Source: a virus
Lineage: Duplodnaviria > Caudoviricetes
Length of the DNA stretch: 64,000 nucleotides
Direction: 5' to 3' (one strand)
Virus record (IMG/VR): IMGVR_UViG_3300044667_000075
Location: 32,001-96,000 of that record
The notes beneath the pieces are model-generated. The model saw nothing but the letters and a program-made list of their open reading frames with translations, had not been told where the DNA came from and did not search any database. The translations under genes were made by a program, and so were the position numbers. Positions 27,318 to 37,139 of this stretch are shown piece by piece (within the stretch, counting starts at the first letter, position 1; each line of letters starts with the position of its first letter).

Positions 27318-27724
27318 TCGTCTCCAGCAGCACGCCCACGAGAACGACTTACGCCGAGTGCCTGTCCCGGAATCTCATCGTCTCCGACGCATCCGCCCGG
27401 CAGGTCCCGGACCGCGACCCCGCCAGGATCGCCCGTGAAGCCGGGCCCGGCGTGTACGCCTTCCGGTTCTACGACATCATCACGACGACCGCCGGGGGCA
27501 CCTCCTGCCGGAGCAACCCTGTGGACGTGTCCCCGTGGTACTTCATCGACGCCCGGCGCCTTACCGCCGAGGACGTCGAGGCGCTCCCCGGAGACCACTC
27601 GGTCCTGCTGGCCAACATGCGGGGCAACGGGTGGGCGTTCGTGGCCGGGTGCCGGACAGGCGGCTACCAGCCGATGGGCCCCCAGGACAAGATCATCGAC
27701 AGCGAGACGGGACGGCTGTCATGA
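27314..27724 (+). CDS. hypothetical protein
   Basis: coupled ORF, high GC3. Confidence 0.65.
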   Translation: MIVSSSTPTRTTYAECLSRNLIVSDASARQVPDRDPARIAREAGPGVYAFRFYDIITTTAGGTSCRSNPVDVSPWYFIDARRLTAEDVEALPGDHSVLLANMRGNGWAFVAGCRTGGYQPMGPQDKIIDSETGRLS

Positions 27725-27750
27725 CCGCCGCCAACCACGAGGAAGCAGTA

Positions 27751-27960
27751 ATGGCCAGCTACGACAACCTGACCGCAGAACAGGAAGCCTGGTTCGACGA
27801 CTTGATGACCATGCCGACGAGCCAGTGGCCGCCGGAACTGATCGCCCACGTCCGCAGCCAGCCAGGCCCGTTCTGCGGTGACGCCCTCGCAGATGCGGTC
27901 GCGGGCTGGGTCCGCACCACCTCAACCGAAACCACCACCACGACCCAAGGGGGGAACTGA
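27751..27960 (+). CDS. hypothetical protein
   Basis: RBS GAGGA. Confidence 0.55.
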   Translation: MASYDNLTAEQEAWFDDLMTMPTSQWPPELIAHVRSQPGPFCGDALADAVAGWVRTTSTETTTTTQGGN

Positions 27961-27962
27961 CC

Positions 27963-28340
27963 ATGACCGCCACCAAGACCTTCCACCTCGGCGACATCCT
28001 GTCCATCACCACGGGATGCCTCGTCTCACCCCGCCACATCGACGGCGTGTACGACATCCTCAACCACATGACCGGCGACAGCCTGTCCACCCACCAGCTC
28101 CCGCGCGCCTCCCGCGAATGCGAGGGCCCGCTGCTCGCCCAGCACCCCGACCTGGCGGGGATTGAGGTTCCCGACTTCAGCGTCTACGCCAGGGACGACG
28201 TTGAGCGCGCCGTCGCAGACTGGCTGGCGGCGCAGGTGGCGGTTTACGGAGAGACCCGTGAAGTCGCCCCGCTCGGCGAGCATGACCACACCAGGATCGA
28301 CCCGATCGACGAGATGCACATGAGCAGGCCCCGATTCTGA
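27963..28340 (+). CDS. conserved phage hypothetical protein (probable 3' frameshift)
   Basis: FHLGDILSITTG.LVS..H.DGVY.ILN.MTG..L.THQLPR. Confidence 0.7.
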   Translation: MTATKTFHLGDILSITTGCLVSPRHIDGVYDILNHMTGDSLSTHQLPRASRECEGPLLAQHPDLAGIEVPDFSVYARDDVERAVADWLAAQVAVYGETREVAPLGEHDHTRIDPIDEMHMSRPRF

Positions 28341-28373
28341 AGTCATCGTGATCGAGATGCCGACGGATGAGTC

Positions 28374-28580
28374 ATGACCACCGAGACCAGCCTGCCCCCT
28401 GACGCCCAGTTGCGGGCAGACCTCACGGACTGGGCGATCGCCAACGGCGGCATCCAAGTCCTCGCCAGCAAGGCGGATGTACCCGTGGAGGACATCCGCA
28501 GGTTCCTCGCCGGGGAGAGGCTCTACTGGACCGCCCTGGCGAAGCTGGCCGCGGCTGTGCGGGACGGGGGATCATCGTGA
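28374..28580 (+). CDS. XRE-like HTH protein
   Basis: GIQVLASKADVPVEDIRRFLAGE. Confidence 0.6.
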   Translation: MTTETSLPPDAQLRADLTDWAIANGGIQVLASKADVPVEDIRRFLAGERLYWTALAKLAAAVRDGGSS

Positions 28581-28789
28581 GGTTCCCGTGGGCACGCGAC
28601 GGCGAACAGGACCGGTACGCGCGAGCCGCCTGGGACATCTGGCAGAAGGCAGTCGTCGTCAAGGCGACAGGCCGGGAGGGCATCGCGGAGATGTACGACC
28701 AGGGGAACGACCGGGCGCTGGTCAGGTTCAGCGACGGCAGCAGCGAGGTCGTGCATATCGACGGCTTGCAGGTCAGGGAGCGGCCGTGA
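28577..28789 (+). CDS. small SH3-like protein
   Basis: coupled ORF, beta-rich. Confidence 0.55.
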   Translation: MRFPWARDGEQDRYARAAWDIWQKAVVVKATGREGIAEMYDQGNDRALVRFSDGSSEVVHIDGLQVRERP

Positions 28790-29148
28790 TCCCTGTCGTC
28801 CTCAGCGTCATCCTGGGCGTCTTGTTCGCCTCGCTTACCGCGGCCCGTGTCCGGTACGGGGGACTTCGGGTGTCCGAGTTCCCCGTGCTGCTGTGGTGCG
28901 TGCTCGCCGGCCGGGAGCACAGGCGGCAGTTGAAGGGCATCCTGGAACGGCGGGAGCAGCGGCCGTCCATGCTGGTCAAGGCCGCATTCCCGGGACAGGT
29001 GGAGCTTTCAAGCAGGTTTCGAGTACCGCCTGGGGCGGCCCTGCACGGCGGCGTGATCATCCTGTCGTCGGCCGTGACGCTCGTCCCGGTCGAGGCCGGG
29101 GACGACGACCACGAGTTCCCTCGCTGCGGCCGTGGCTGGGATGGCTGA
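28786..29148 (+). CDS. membrane-anchored hypothetical protein
   Basis: N-terminal TM. Confidence 0.5.
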   Translation: MIPVVLSVILGVLFASLTAARVRYGGLRVSEFPVLLWCVLAGREHRRQLKGILERREQRPSMLVKAAFPGQVELSSRFRVPPGAALHGGVIILSSAVTLVPVEAGDDDHEFPRCGRGWDG

Positions 29149-29528
29149 TAGCCCCCGGTCAGGATGTCACCACGGGGTTAGATTATTATCACTATGTGAG
29201 AGTCCGCAGGCAGCGGACGTGCGGACGAATCATGCGCTCTTGCTGGGATTCCGCCGCGCATGTCCGCCCGGCGCGATTGCACCCCGCCGAGGTTAACGGC
29301 GGGTAACTGTAGCATGACTGACTGGCCTGCGGTTACGCTCCCGTCTGTCGGCGTGTCCCGCACGGTGCGGGACGCACAGATCGCCTGGCGGGTTCGGAAG
29401 GCAGCCCGCCGAGGGGGGACGGCAGCGATGCCCTGCTATAGGCATCCCCAGCCCGCGGCCATGCCGTCGCGGCATCACGCCCGCACCATCTCCTGGACCC
29501 GGCAGCGCCGGACAGGGGGGTGGGCTCG

Positions 29529-29819
29529 ATGACCTGCAACAGGCATCCGAGGCACGCGGAAAGCCCGCTGAAACACCTGGCCCGGAACCCGTTCGGGGCC
29601 CTCCCGCCGGACGTCGGGGAACGGCTGCGGCAGTGGCGCGAGAGCCCCGCAGTCGACGGCCCGTTCCGCGGCAGCAGCGGGGAATGGCGGGCGTGGATCC
29701 CCGCCGACGGGGATCCGGTCAGCGGCGAGCAGCTCACCGAGTTCGACGCCGAAGACCCCGGAGTCGCCGCGGTGCGGCTGATGGACACGCTCGAGGACCG
29801 GCTGGGACCGCCCGGCTGA
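29529..29819 (+). CDS. hypothetical protein
   Basis: ORF with high GC3. Confidence 0.5.
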   Translation: MTCNRHPRHAESPLKHLARNPFGALPPDVGERLRQWRESPAVDGPFRGSSGEWRAWIPADGDPVSGEQLTEFDAEDPGVAAVRLMDTLEDRLGPPG

Positions 29820-29825
29820 CACCAG

Positions 29826-30083
29826 GCTTGCGCGGCCGGGAGAAACGCAGCCAGCACCGCCCCCGAGGAGCAGCTGCGGGGCCGCGCGAGAGCCCGTGCC
29901 GGGCCGGCCGTCGCCCTGCTCCCCAGGAAGCCGCAGGGCTGACCCTCCTTGCGGCTGGCTGCCGGTCCCGGCACGGGCACCACGAACGTCGCGCCGGGAG
30001 GCCGGCGGGGATAACAGGCCGGGTCCCTCTGATCCAGGGGAACCATCTACCCCGGTTTGAGTCCCTGCACCTCCTGGCGCGGC
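29826..30083. ncRNA. structured intergenic RNA candidate
   Basis: three long nested stems, e.g. 29892-29903/29967-29978 and 29988-30001/30070-30083. Confidence 0.4.
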
Positions 30084-30147
30084 CCAGCGTTCCTGTCCCC
30101 CACGTGTTACGGCGCGGCACCCCGGCGGAGAAAACCGGCGTTTCCGG

Positions 30148-30384
30148 TCAGCAGGAACGCAGGTGCCGGCCGGCCGGCTGAGGTGCCGTGACACCCCGCG
30201 CCGCACTGATGCCGACGCTCAGGACCGTCTCCTCGAGGCTGGCGATGCGGCGTTCAAGCGCGGTGAGGATCTCGCCGGCCAGCCCGGCGGCGGCGGCTTC
30301 GGCGAGCGCGCCGCTCACCGTGGCCAGCATCCTGAGCAGTTCCGCGAGCAGGAGAGCTAGTGACTCCTTCGCCTGGTCGGCCAT
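30148..30384 (-). CDS. hypothetical protein
   Basis: downstream of repressor; RHLRS tail. Confidence 0.55.
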   Translation of the reverse strand: MADQAKESLALLLAELLRMLATVSGALAEAAAAGLAGEILTALERRIASLEETVLSVGISAARGVTAPQPAGRHLRSC

Positions 30385-30493
30385 CGTGCCTCGTCCCTGG
30401 AGCCCGTAACGGGCTCACCGTGCTTTGCTGTGGTCCCTCCCGCACATCTTGGCGCAAAGATAACCCTGAGTACCACATGCGCCACGATGGGAT

Positions 30494-31135
30494 TCACGGC
30501 GTGGCGCGCGGTAAGCCTGCCGCGCTGCACCCGCCGGGACGCCCCCCGATCAGGTGGGCCCGCACCTCGGGAGACATCGTGTCGACGGCGCGGTGGAACG
30601 CCAGGGTCGCGGCGGCCTGCCACAGGCTCCACCCGGCCGTCATGAGGAAATCCCACCGCGCCTGGGTGTCGGGGCCGAAACCGGGCACGCCGGCGAGGTC
30701 CGGGGGGAACACCTGGTTCGCGGTGAGGGCCGCGGACGGGTCGGTGAGGTCTGCGCCGTGCTCGCGTGCCGCTTTCTCCACGAGGGCGCGGAGCTGGCCG
30801 AAGTACAGCGTCGCCTCAGGGTTGATCGTCTCGATGAGCTGCTGGGGGAACGGGGCGCCGCGTCGTTCCAGCCGCTGCGGTTCCGGCCGGAGCGGGGCCG
30901 ACAGCGGCTCCTCCCCGGTGAGGATGCGGGCAGCGGTGCCGCGTTCCCAGCGCAGGCCCTTGTCGATCGCCGCGAGGGTGCGGGGTGTCAGTTCCTGCTC
31001 CCCGGTGCGGGCCCTGACGAGAGCCCGCAGCGAGACGCCGCCAGCCGTGGCCACGTCCTGCCACCGGAGCCCGAGCTCGATGAGCCGGTCTTCCATCGCT
31101 TCGGCGAGCCGTCTCCGTGCTTGTGTCTGTGCCAA
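30494..31135 (-). CDS. XRE-family immunity repressor
   Basis: LGLRWQDVATAGGVS...TLAAIDKGLRWERGTA..IL.G; TTG start with GGAGG. Confidence 0.75.
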   Translation of the reverse strand: MAQTQARRRLAEAMEDRLIELGLRWQDVATAGGVSLRALVRARTGEQELTPRTLAAIDKGLRWERGTAARILTGEEPLSAPLRPEPQRLERRGAPFPQQLIETINPEATLYFGQLRALVEKAAREHGADLTDPSAALTANQVFPPDLAGVPGFGPDTQARWDFLMTAGWSLWQAAATLAFHRAVDTMSPEVRAHLIGGRPGGCSAAGLPRATP

Positions 31136-31285
31136 CGATCCTCCGCGTGCGTTCCGGCGCTCCCCGGCACGAAGGTACACGCGTTTGCGCGCATCGGGGA
31201 GGCCTAAAACCCTTACGGCATAGGCGTTTCGTGACGCGCGGGGCGCGTGGGGCGCAAGTTCAGCAGCGAGAAGGCGCGTCATGTC

Positions 31286-31314
31286 TTGCGCTGTCGCGTC
31301 TCGGCGCGTATTCT
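31286..31314 (+). promoter_or_regulatory. early rightward promoter (leaderless cro)
   Basis: TTGCGC-17-TATTCT, ATG at 31321. Confidence 0.65.
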
Positions 31315-31320
31315 TAAGTC

Positions 31321-31545
31321 ATGAATTCCGGCACGATCTGCCCAGGCCGCAAGTTGCGGGTCGCACGCGTCATCGCAGACCTGAGCCAGGACGAGCTGGG
31401 GACGCAGGTCGGATACCACCAGACCTACATCTCGATGCTGGAACGCGGCAAGTGGGCCACCAGCATGGACGTCATCGAGAAGCTGGCCAGGGCCTGCGGC
31501 TGCAAGGTCGCCGACCTCCTGCCGGACGAGCAGGCAGCGGCCTAG
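31321..31545 (+). CDS. Cro-like XRE HTH protein
   Basis: LRVARVIADLSQDELG..VG..QTYISMLERG; divergent from repressor. Confidence 0.85.
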   Translation: MNSGTICPGRKLRVARVIADLSQDELGTQVGYHQTYISMLERGKWATSMDVIEKLARACGCKVADLLPDEQAAA

Positions 31546-31628
31546 ACAACGAAAAAATGCGGTCCTCGCCGGGCGAACGGCAGAGGACCGCAGAGAAGCA
31601 AGCAAGTCCATTATAGAGGAGCAAGCAA

Positions 31629-32000
31629 ATGGACTACCCAAGTGCCTGCGAGCACAGCGGCTGGTTCCGCGACGTGCGCGCGATCATCGACCTCAGCGAG
31701 GTCGTCCACGGCCTCCCGCTGCCGACCATCAGCCCCGACCGGGCCACGTTCCGGTTCACGGGCATCACCCATGCCGAGGACGCCCGGTCAGCGCTGGACT
31801 GCGCGAAGACCATCCTGGAGGCCGGGCTGGGGGTCGTGTTCCCCGAGGACCCGGTGCCTTTCGAGGCGGGTTCGGCGAAGCGCAGCGTGTACACCGCACT
31901 GATGCCGTCCGGGCTGGAGATCTGCCTCGTGGCGTGGACGAAGCACCTCGACGGCGGAGAAGCCCCCCAGGATGTGCGCCCCCTGGTGAAGGCCGCGTAA
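31629..32000 (+). CDS. hypothetical protein
   Basis: RBS GAGGAG. Confidence 0.65.
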   Translation: MDYPSACEHSGWFRDVRAIIDLSEVVHGLPLPTISPDRATFRFTGITHAEDARSALDCAKTILEAGLGVVFPEDPVPFEAGSAKRSVYTALMPSGLEICLVAWTKHLDGGEAPQDVRPLVKAA

Positions 32001-32115
32001 CAGCATGAACACGACTGCCGCCGGGATACGTGATCATGGCCCCCACCTCGGTCTACTGTCAGCGTCAACAACTGACAGCACGCGCCGTGTCACGGCGCGC
32101 GACCAAGGGGGGCTC

Positions 32116-32730
32116 ATGAGCTTCTTCCGCCGTACCCACGCACCAGTCACCACGCCGGCCGAGACGCAGCCCGCCGACGCGCCCGCGACCGTCATGACCC
32201 CGGCCGCGCCCGACTGGCGGACCGACACCATCACGAGCTTCCCGGCCATCACCGACCAGCCCGCCCCGGCCGAGGCGCCCGCCCCGTGCAAGTGCGGTGA
32301 CCCGCGCTGCCCCGACGCCCCGCCCGTCCCCGCGGTCCCCGACGTCCGCGTCGTCCTGGCCTACGGGCCCGGCGTGGTGTCCCGCATGTGGCGGCACCGG
32401 GTCGGGACCGGCGAATGGGAGAACATCCACGCCGCCGCCGCCGAAGCCGGCGCCCGCGTCCACCAGCCGGCCGTCCGGGCACGGCAGCGGATCCGCGCGC
32501 AAGTCGCCACCCGCATCCACGACGAGGCCGCCGTGTTCGCCGCCGACCGGGACGCCCTGTCCGACCCTGCGATCAGCGCCGGCCTGGCGTCCCTCGCCGA
32601 CCGTCTGCACCGGATCCAGGGCGAGCTTTTCAGGGAGTCCGCCGAGCGCCGCGAGCGGGCCGCGCGGGCGTGGGCCGAGCACATGGCCGCGGAGTTCGGC
32701 TGGGACGAAACCAGGGAGAGAACACCATGA
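32116..32730 (+). CDS. hypothetical protein
   Basis: RBS AAGGGGGG. Confidence 0.6.
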   Translation: MSFFRRTHAPVTTPAETQPADAPATVMTPAAPDWRTDTITSFPAITDQPAPAEAPAPCKCGDPRCPDAPPVPAVPDVRVVLAYGPGVVSRMWRHRVGTGEWENIHAAAAEAGARVHQPAVRARQRIRAQVATRIHDEAAVFAADRDALSDPAISAGLASLADRLHRIQGELFRESAERRERAARAWAEHMAAEFGWDETRERTP

Positions 32731-33050
32731 CCACCATGCTCTCAGATCTCACGGAGCAGGAGGCCGCCGCCGTCCTCGACGACGCCTGGCGTCTCCTCGA
32801 CATCGCCGACCGCGCCAACTGGCCTGACTCTGGCTACGACGACATCGCCGACGCAGCCCAGGAACTCAGGGACTCCCTCGAACTCCACGAGGAGGCCGCC
32901 GGGCTGGGCTGGGGCCAGGACTCCGTGCTGGCCGGGTACGCGGCGGGCGTCGCGGAAGACATCACCAGGCTGTCCGCCGCCCTCGTCTCGGCGATGCGCC
33001 GGCACGGGGTCGGCGAGACAGCCAGCAGCATCACGCACCAAGCGGCATGA
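32727..33050 (+). CDS. hypothetical protein
   Basis: ATGA overlap. Confidence 0.6.
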   Translation: MTTMLSDLTEQEAAAVLDDAWRLLDIADRANWPDSGYDDIADAAQELRDSLELHEEAAGLGWGQDSVLAGYAAGVAEDITRLSAALVSAMRRHGVGETASSITHQAA

Positions 33051-33068
33051 CAAACGGGGGGAACTGAA

Positions 33069-33377
33069 ATGAACACGACCGAGGACATCTACGCCGGGGT
33101 CATCTCACACGCCAGATGCGTCCTGGCCAGGGCGGGGGAACTGCCCGGCAGCGACATCCTCGACGCGGCCAAGGCAGACCTGGAGCAGGCGCTGGCGGAC
33201 TACGTGACCATCCGGGGCGCCGATGACGTCCTCAGCTGGAGCGCGTGGACCGCCGCGACTGCAGGGGCTCGTGAGGGCGTCATGACGGCTGCCACGCTGC
33301 TGGCGCGCGCCGTCGGGGAGGAGCAGGGGCCGTCCGCTGAGGCGTACGTCCGCGGCGACGAGAGCGAGGCGGCATGA
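33069..33377 (+). CDS. hypothetical protein
   Basis: ORF with RBS. Confidence 0.6.
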   Translation: MNTTEDIYAGVISHARCVLARAGELPGSDILDAAKADLEQALADYVTIRGADDVLSWSAWTAATAGAREGVMTAATLLARAVGEEQGPSAEAYVRGDESEAA

Positions 33378-33595
33378 GCCGGGTCCTCGCGGCTGTCACC
33401 GCGTGGCGGGACCGGCGGGCAGCGGCACGTCTCGCCGCCGCACCCGCCGGGGTCCGCGCCCTCGCTGCCGCCCTGGCCAACGGGGGTCCGTTCAACCTCG
33501 CCGACCCGTCCCTGCCGGGCACGTGGCAGGCACTGAAGGAGACCGGGGCCCTGCGGCCCGACGGGTCCATCCGCACCGGGAGGAGCGGGTCATGA
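33374..33595 (+). CDS. hypothetical protein
   Basis: ATGA overlap. Confidence 0.55.
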   Translation: MSRVLAAVTAWRDRRAAARLAAAPAGVRALAAALANGGPFNLADPSLPGTWQALKETGALRPDGSIRTGRSGS

Positions 33596-34530
33596 ACGAG
33601 AAGCCGAGCATCTTTGAGATCTTCGCCGCCGTCAAGCGGGAAGTCGCGCCTGTCGGCAAGAACAGCACGAACACCCAGCAGAACTTCAAATACCGCGGTG
33701 TCGACGCCGTGGTCAACGCCGTAGCCGAAGCACTCGACAAGTACGGTGTCATCCCCGTCCCGATACTGGACCGGTACGACTATGACGGCAACGTCGAGGT
33801 CGGCAAGAACCGGTCGCTGATGGGCCACGTCAAGGTTGAGGTGACCTACCGGTTTTACGGGCCGGCGGGGGACTACTTTGATGCCAAGGTGCCCGGTGAG
33901 GCGATGGACAGCGGTGACAAGGCCACCGCCAAGGCGATGAGCGTGGCCTACCGGATCGTGCTGCTCCAGACCCTCAACCTGCCCACCGGAGACCCAGACC
34001 CTGACTCGCAAACCTATGAGCGTTCCTCCCGCGCCTCATCGGCTGGGGATGCGTGGGATAGCGCCGCGCCTGCACCTGCCCGGCAGGGCAGCGGCGACGG
34101 GGCCGGGCAGCGGCGGTCCCGGGAACAGCGCCCCGCCGCGCAACAGCCGCAGGCGGCCGAGACAGTCTCCCCGGACGCTGACGAGGACGCCCAGGCGTTC
34201 GCTGACGAGGCGTACCAGGCTCTCACGATGGCGACGCTGGAGGACATCCACCGCCGGGCCCGCGAAGCGGGCAAGGTCAACGCGCTCGTCCGGAACCCCA
34301 CGTCCGGGAAAACCGGCAAGCTCGCCCTCTACCTGAACTGGCGCCGCCAGCAGGTCAAGGACCTGGAGGACGCCCTCACCGACCTGACCGCCGCCGCGTC
34401 GGAACGGGGGGTCGCCGACCTGGACGGCTGGTTCAAATCGGCTGCGGGCGCAGAGATCGACGGGGCGACCGCGAGCCAGTTGCGGGACGCGGCCAAGACC
34501 CTGCGGGGGCAGAAGGGGGCGGCGGCATGA
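33592..34530 (+). CDS. ERF-family ssDNA-annealing recombinase
   Basis: FKYRGVDAV, GEAMDSGDKATAKAMSVAYR, PTGDPDPD. Confidence 0.88.
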   Translation: MNEKPSIFEIFAAVKREVAPVGKNSTNTQQNFKYRGVDAVVNAVAEALDKYGVIPVPILDRYDYDGNVEVGKNRSLMGHVKVEVTYRFYGPAGDYFDAKVPGEAMDSGDKATAKAMSVAYRIVLLQTLNLPTGDPDPDSQTYERSSRASSAGDAWDSAAPAPARQGSGDGAGQRRSREQRPAAQQPQAAETVSPDADEDAQAFADEAYQALTMATLEDIHRRAREAGKVNALVRNPTSGKTGKLALYLNWRRQQVKDLEDALTDLTAAASERGVADLDGWFKSAAGAEIDGATASQLRDAAKTLRGQKGAAA

Positions 34531-35039
34531 CCGGCCCGTCTTTCCGGCAGCGGATCACGCTCGCCGAGTTCCTCGCCGGGCACTTCGCCGCCGCCCGCAA
34601 GGGCCCGCTCAAGGCGGAAGCCGTCGAGGAGATGACCCCGGGGGAGCGCCTGGCCGCCACGTTCGGCGGCCAGGTCGCCGCCTGGGTGTCCCTCCCGAAA
34701 CCCGCCACGTACGCCAAGGTGAAGAACCCGGCCGCGTTCCTCGCGTGGATGGAGAAACACCACCCGGAAGGCGTGGAGACCGTCCGCCAGGTCCGCCCCG
34801 AGACGCAGAAGGCGTTCCTCGACGCGGCCAAGGCGAACGGCGGCCGGTGGATCAGCCCGGACGGCGAGGCCATCCCGGTCGACGGCGTTGAGGTCACCCC
34901 CGGTGACCCGGCACCCCGGGTGGAACTGACCCCGGACGCTGCGGAGGTCATCGGACGGGCGTGGCGTGCCGGGCAGATCGACCTGAGCCCGATGCTGGCG
35001 CTCCCCGCCCCGGAGGAGGCCCCCGATGCCGCAGCATGA
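34527..35039 (+). CDS. conserved phage hypothetical protein (recombination module)
   Basis: V.NP.AFLAW...HP...V; PDGE.IPVDGV. Confidence 0.65.
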   Translation: MTGPSFRQRITLAEFLAGHFAAARKGPLKAEAVEEMTPGERLAATFGGQVAAWVSLPKPATYAKVKNPAAFLAWMEKHHPEGVETVRQVRPETQKAFLDAAKANGGRWISPDGEAIPVDGVEVTPGDPAPRVELTPDAAEVIGRAWRAGQIDLSPMLALPAPEEAPDAAA

Positions 35040-35220
35040 GCCGCCCGAGGGCGGCAACGAGGGTCCTGGGTTCGACACCTGGCAGGACGGCATCGAGTCC
35101 GCCCTGTGGGACGCCAGGCACGAAGACCATGGCGGGTGGACGATCGACAGCCGCGACCACGCCATCACCTGCGCATGCGGCGGGACGGTACCGTTCCCGG
35201 CCCTGAGGCGGGCAGCATGA
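35026..35220 (+). CDS. hypothetical protein
   Basis: RBS GGAGG. Confidence 0.55.
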   Translation: MPQHEPPEGGNEGPGFDTWQDGIESALWDARHEDHGGWTIDSRDHAITCACGGTVPFPALRRAA

Positions 35221-35414
35221 ACGAGCACACTTCTGTCAGGACCGGCCAGACATGCCCGTTCGTGTCCTGCCTCGTCACCGAACCCCACACGCACCCGGTG
35301 TGCCCGGACTGCGGCGCCGTCCGTTACGGAAACGTCTGCTGCGACACCTGCCGCCAGCTGCGCGGGAACGACCCGAACCCGCACACCATCGTCAGGCCGG
35401 AGGCGGCACCGTGA
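35217..35414 (+). CDS. small Cys-rich protein
   Basis: multiple CxxC. Confidence 0.55.
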   Translation: MNEHTSVRTGQTCPFVSCLVTEPHTHPVCPDCGAVRYGNVCCDTCRQLRGNDPNPHTIVRPEAAP

Positions 35415-35499
35415 ACGAGAACCGGTTCTGGTGGTGGCTCCTGCGCCTCATCGCCCGCCGCCAGGAACGCCACCTTGAGCGGGACGCCTGGAGGGCGCC

Positions 35500-35751
35500 G
35501 TGAGGACCCGCAAGGCCGACACCGGCCACCCAGACGGCCTGTATCGCGTCCTCCAGCACCAGGACGGCCACGTCGTCCTGTTCGCCAGCAAAGCCGCGGA
35601 CGTGCCCCGCCTGGAAGCCACTGCCGCCGCGCTCACCGAGACAGGCCAGGACGGGTACACGCTCGGCTGGCTCCCCCTGGACGAGGCCGTGGACCAGTTC
35701 ACAGACAGCATCAACTGCGGCACCTGCGCCACGGAAAGCCCGGTGGCGTGA
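35500..35751 (+). CDS. hypothetical protein
   Basis: coupled ORF. Confidence 0.55.
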   Translation: MRTRKADTGHPDGLYRVLQHQDGHVVLFASKAADVPRLEATAAALTETGQDGYTLGWLPLDEAVDQFTDSINCGTCATESPVA

Positions 35752-36113
35752 TGCGCACCTACGACATCTCACGCGAGGCACAGTCCCGGCGGCTGGACGA
35801 ACTCGAGGACGAGCTAGAGGCCGCCGTCAAGGAGTACGAGCGCCTCGGCACCGAAGCCGCCAAGAAGACGACCAGGGCAGAAACCGACTTCGCCAAGGTA
35901 TTCCTCAACACTGAGGGGCCGGAAGGCGTGCGCCGGCAGACCGCGATCCGGGACGTGGCGATGCAGCGTTACGAGGCCCGCATCGCTGAGCATCTCGTGA
36001 CCACCCAGAGGGAAGCGCTCCGCAAGCTCCACGCGAAGATCGACATGCAGCGGACCAGGGTGGCGAACGCCCGCAAGGAAGTCGAGCTCGCGCAGTCCGG
36101 GGGGCGGCCATGA
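35751..36113 (+). CDS. coiled-coil phage protein
   Basis: TGATG overlap; helical. Confidence 0.65.
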   Translation: MRTYDISREAQSRRLDELEDELEAAVKEYERLGTEAAKKTTRAETDFAKVFLNTEGPEGVRRQTAIRDVAMQRYEARIAEHLVTTQREALRKLHAKIDMQRTRVANARKEVELAQSGGRP

Positions 36114-36589
36114 CCGGCCCCCGTCCCCGCGCGTGGAATTCCACGCTTCCCGCCCGCACGGAGTACATGACCCGGACGCCGTTCCGGCCGCGTGAACCCC
36201 GGCAACAGAGGAGGCGCGCGACCGCCAAGCCGTTCCCGCAGCGGGTGGCCGCCCTGCTCGATGCTCGCGACTCCTGGTGCGCGTTCTGCGGGACGCCGTT
36301 CAACCTGCACCGCCACCACCGCCGCCTGAAGGGCGCCGGGGGAGATCCTCGCCCCCACGCGCAATGCAGCTGCAACGGAGTCCTGTTGTGCGCCGCGCAC
36401 CATGCATGGATTCACGACACGGCCGAGGGGCGGCGCGAGGCCGAGCACGACGGGCTGATCATCCCCCGCTCCACCCTGGAGCCGTGGACCGTCGGCGTGC
36501 TCGTCCGCACCGCTGACGGGGGGCTGCTGCAGTACCCCGGCTGTGACGGGCTGTGGCATGACGCCGCGCCGATGGGAGCTGCCGCATGA
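36110..36589 (+). CDS. HNH endonuclease
   Basis: RD..CAFCG..HHRR..G...N...LC..HH.WIH. Confidence 0.8.
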   Translation: MTGPRPRAWNSTLPARTEYMTRTPFRPREPRQQRRRATAKPFPQRVAALLDARDSWCAFCGTPFNLHRHHRRLKGAGGDPRPHAQCSCNGVLLCAAHHAWIHDTAEGRREAEHDGLIIPRSTLEPWTVGVLVRTADGGLLQYPGCDGLWHDAAPMGAAA

Positions 36590-36888
36590 ACAGTTTCACC
36601 GGGGCCAAGGCCGCTCTTGACGCGGCCACTGACCAGGCCCTCGCCATCGCCAGGGATAACCGCCGCGACCCGGCCGCAGGACACCTCGCCCCGGCCGTCG
36701 AATGGCTGGCTGACCTGATCGGCGAGCAGTTCCCCGGCAGCCAGGAGATCGCCGGGCGTGTCCTGATGGCCGTCTCGCAGTTCGTCTGCGCCGCCGAGTT
36801 CGACACTCCCGGCATTGATGTCGCCACGATCGGGACCGTGCTCGCGTTCGCCGCCGAGCAGGTCGTCCGGGAAGCGGGGCAGCCGTGA
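36586..36888 (+). CDS. hypothetical protein
   Basis: ATGA overlap. Confidence 0.6.
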   Translation: MNSFTGAKAALDAATDQALAIARDNRRDPAAGHLAPAVEWLADLIGEQFPGSQEIAGRVLMAVSQFVCAAEFDTPGIDVATIGTVLAFAAEQVVREAGQP

Positions 36889-37139
36889 GCACCCTCACCC
36901 GCGTCGTGTTCCTGACCGCCGCCCTGGGTTCCCTCGCCTGGGCCATCCGGGCGATCGCCGCCGCCTTCTCCCGCCGCGCCACCGGGTTCGACGACCACGC
37001 AGAGGACGCCCTCGCCGTCGTCGCGGAACCCGCGGGAGCACCCGAGGACGAAGACGACGAGGAACCGGACGACGCCTTCGACGAGATCATCCGGTTCAAC
37101 TTCATCACCGACGAGCACGCGACGGGGGAAACGCTATGA
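36885..37139 (+). CDS. small membrane protein with acidic tail
   Basis: N-terminal TM. Confidence 0.6.
   Translation: MSTLTRVVFLTAALGSLAWAIRAIAAAFSRRATGFDDHAEDALAVVAEPAGAPEDEDDEEPDDAFDEIIRFNFITDEHATGETL

Noticed and set aside
29175-29203. dif-like site in an AT-rich patch (GGGTTAGATTA-TTATCA-CTATGTGAGAG)
   Set aside because: Arms match poorly and are not inverted repeats; more likely promoter DNA.
30005-30071. tRNA-like element (GCGGGGA...GGTTTGAGTCCCTGCACC)
   Set aside because: The interior folds as a rod with no D or anticodon arm.
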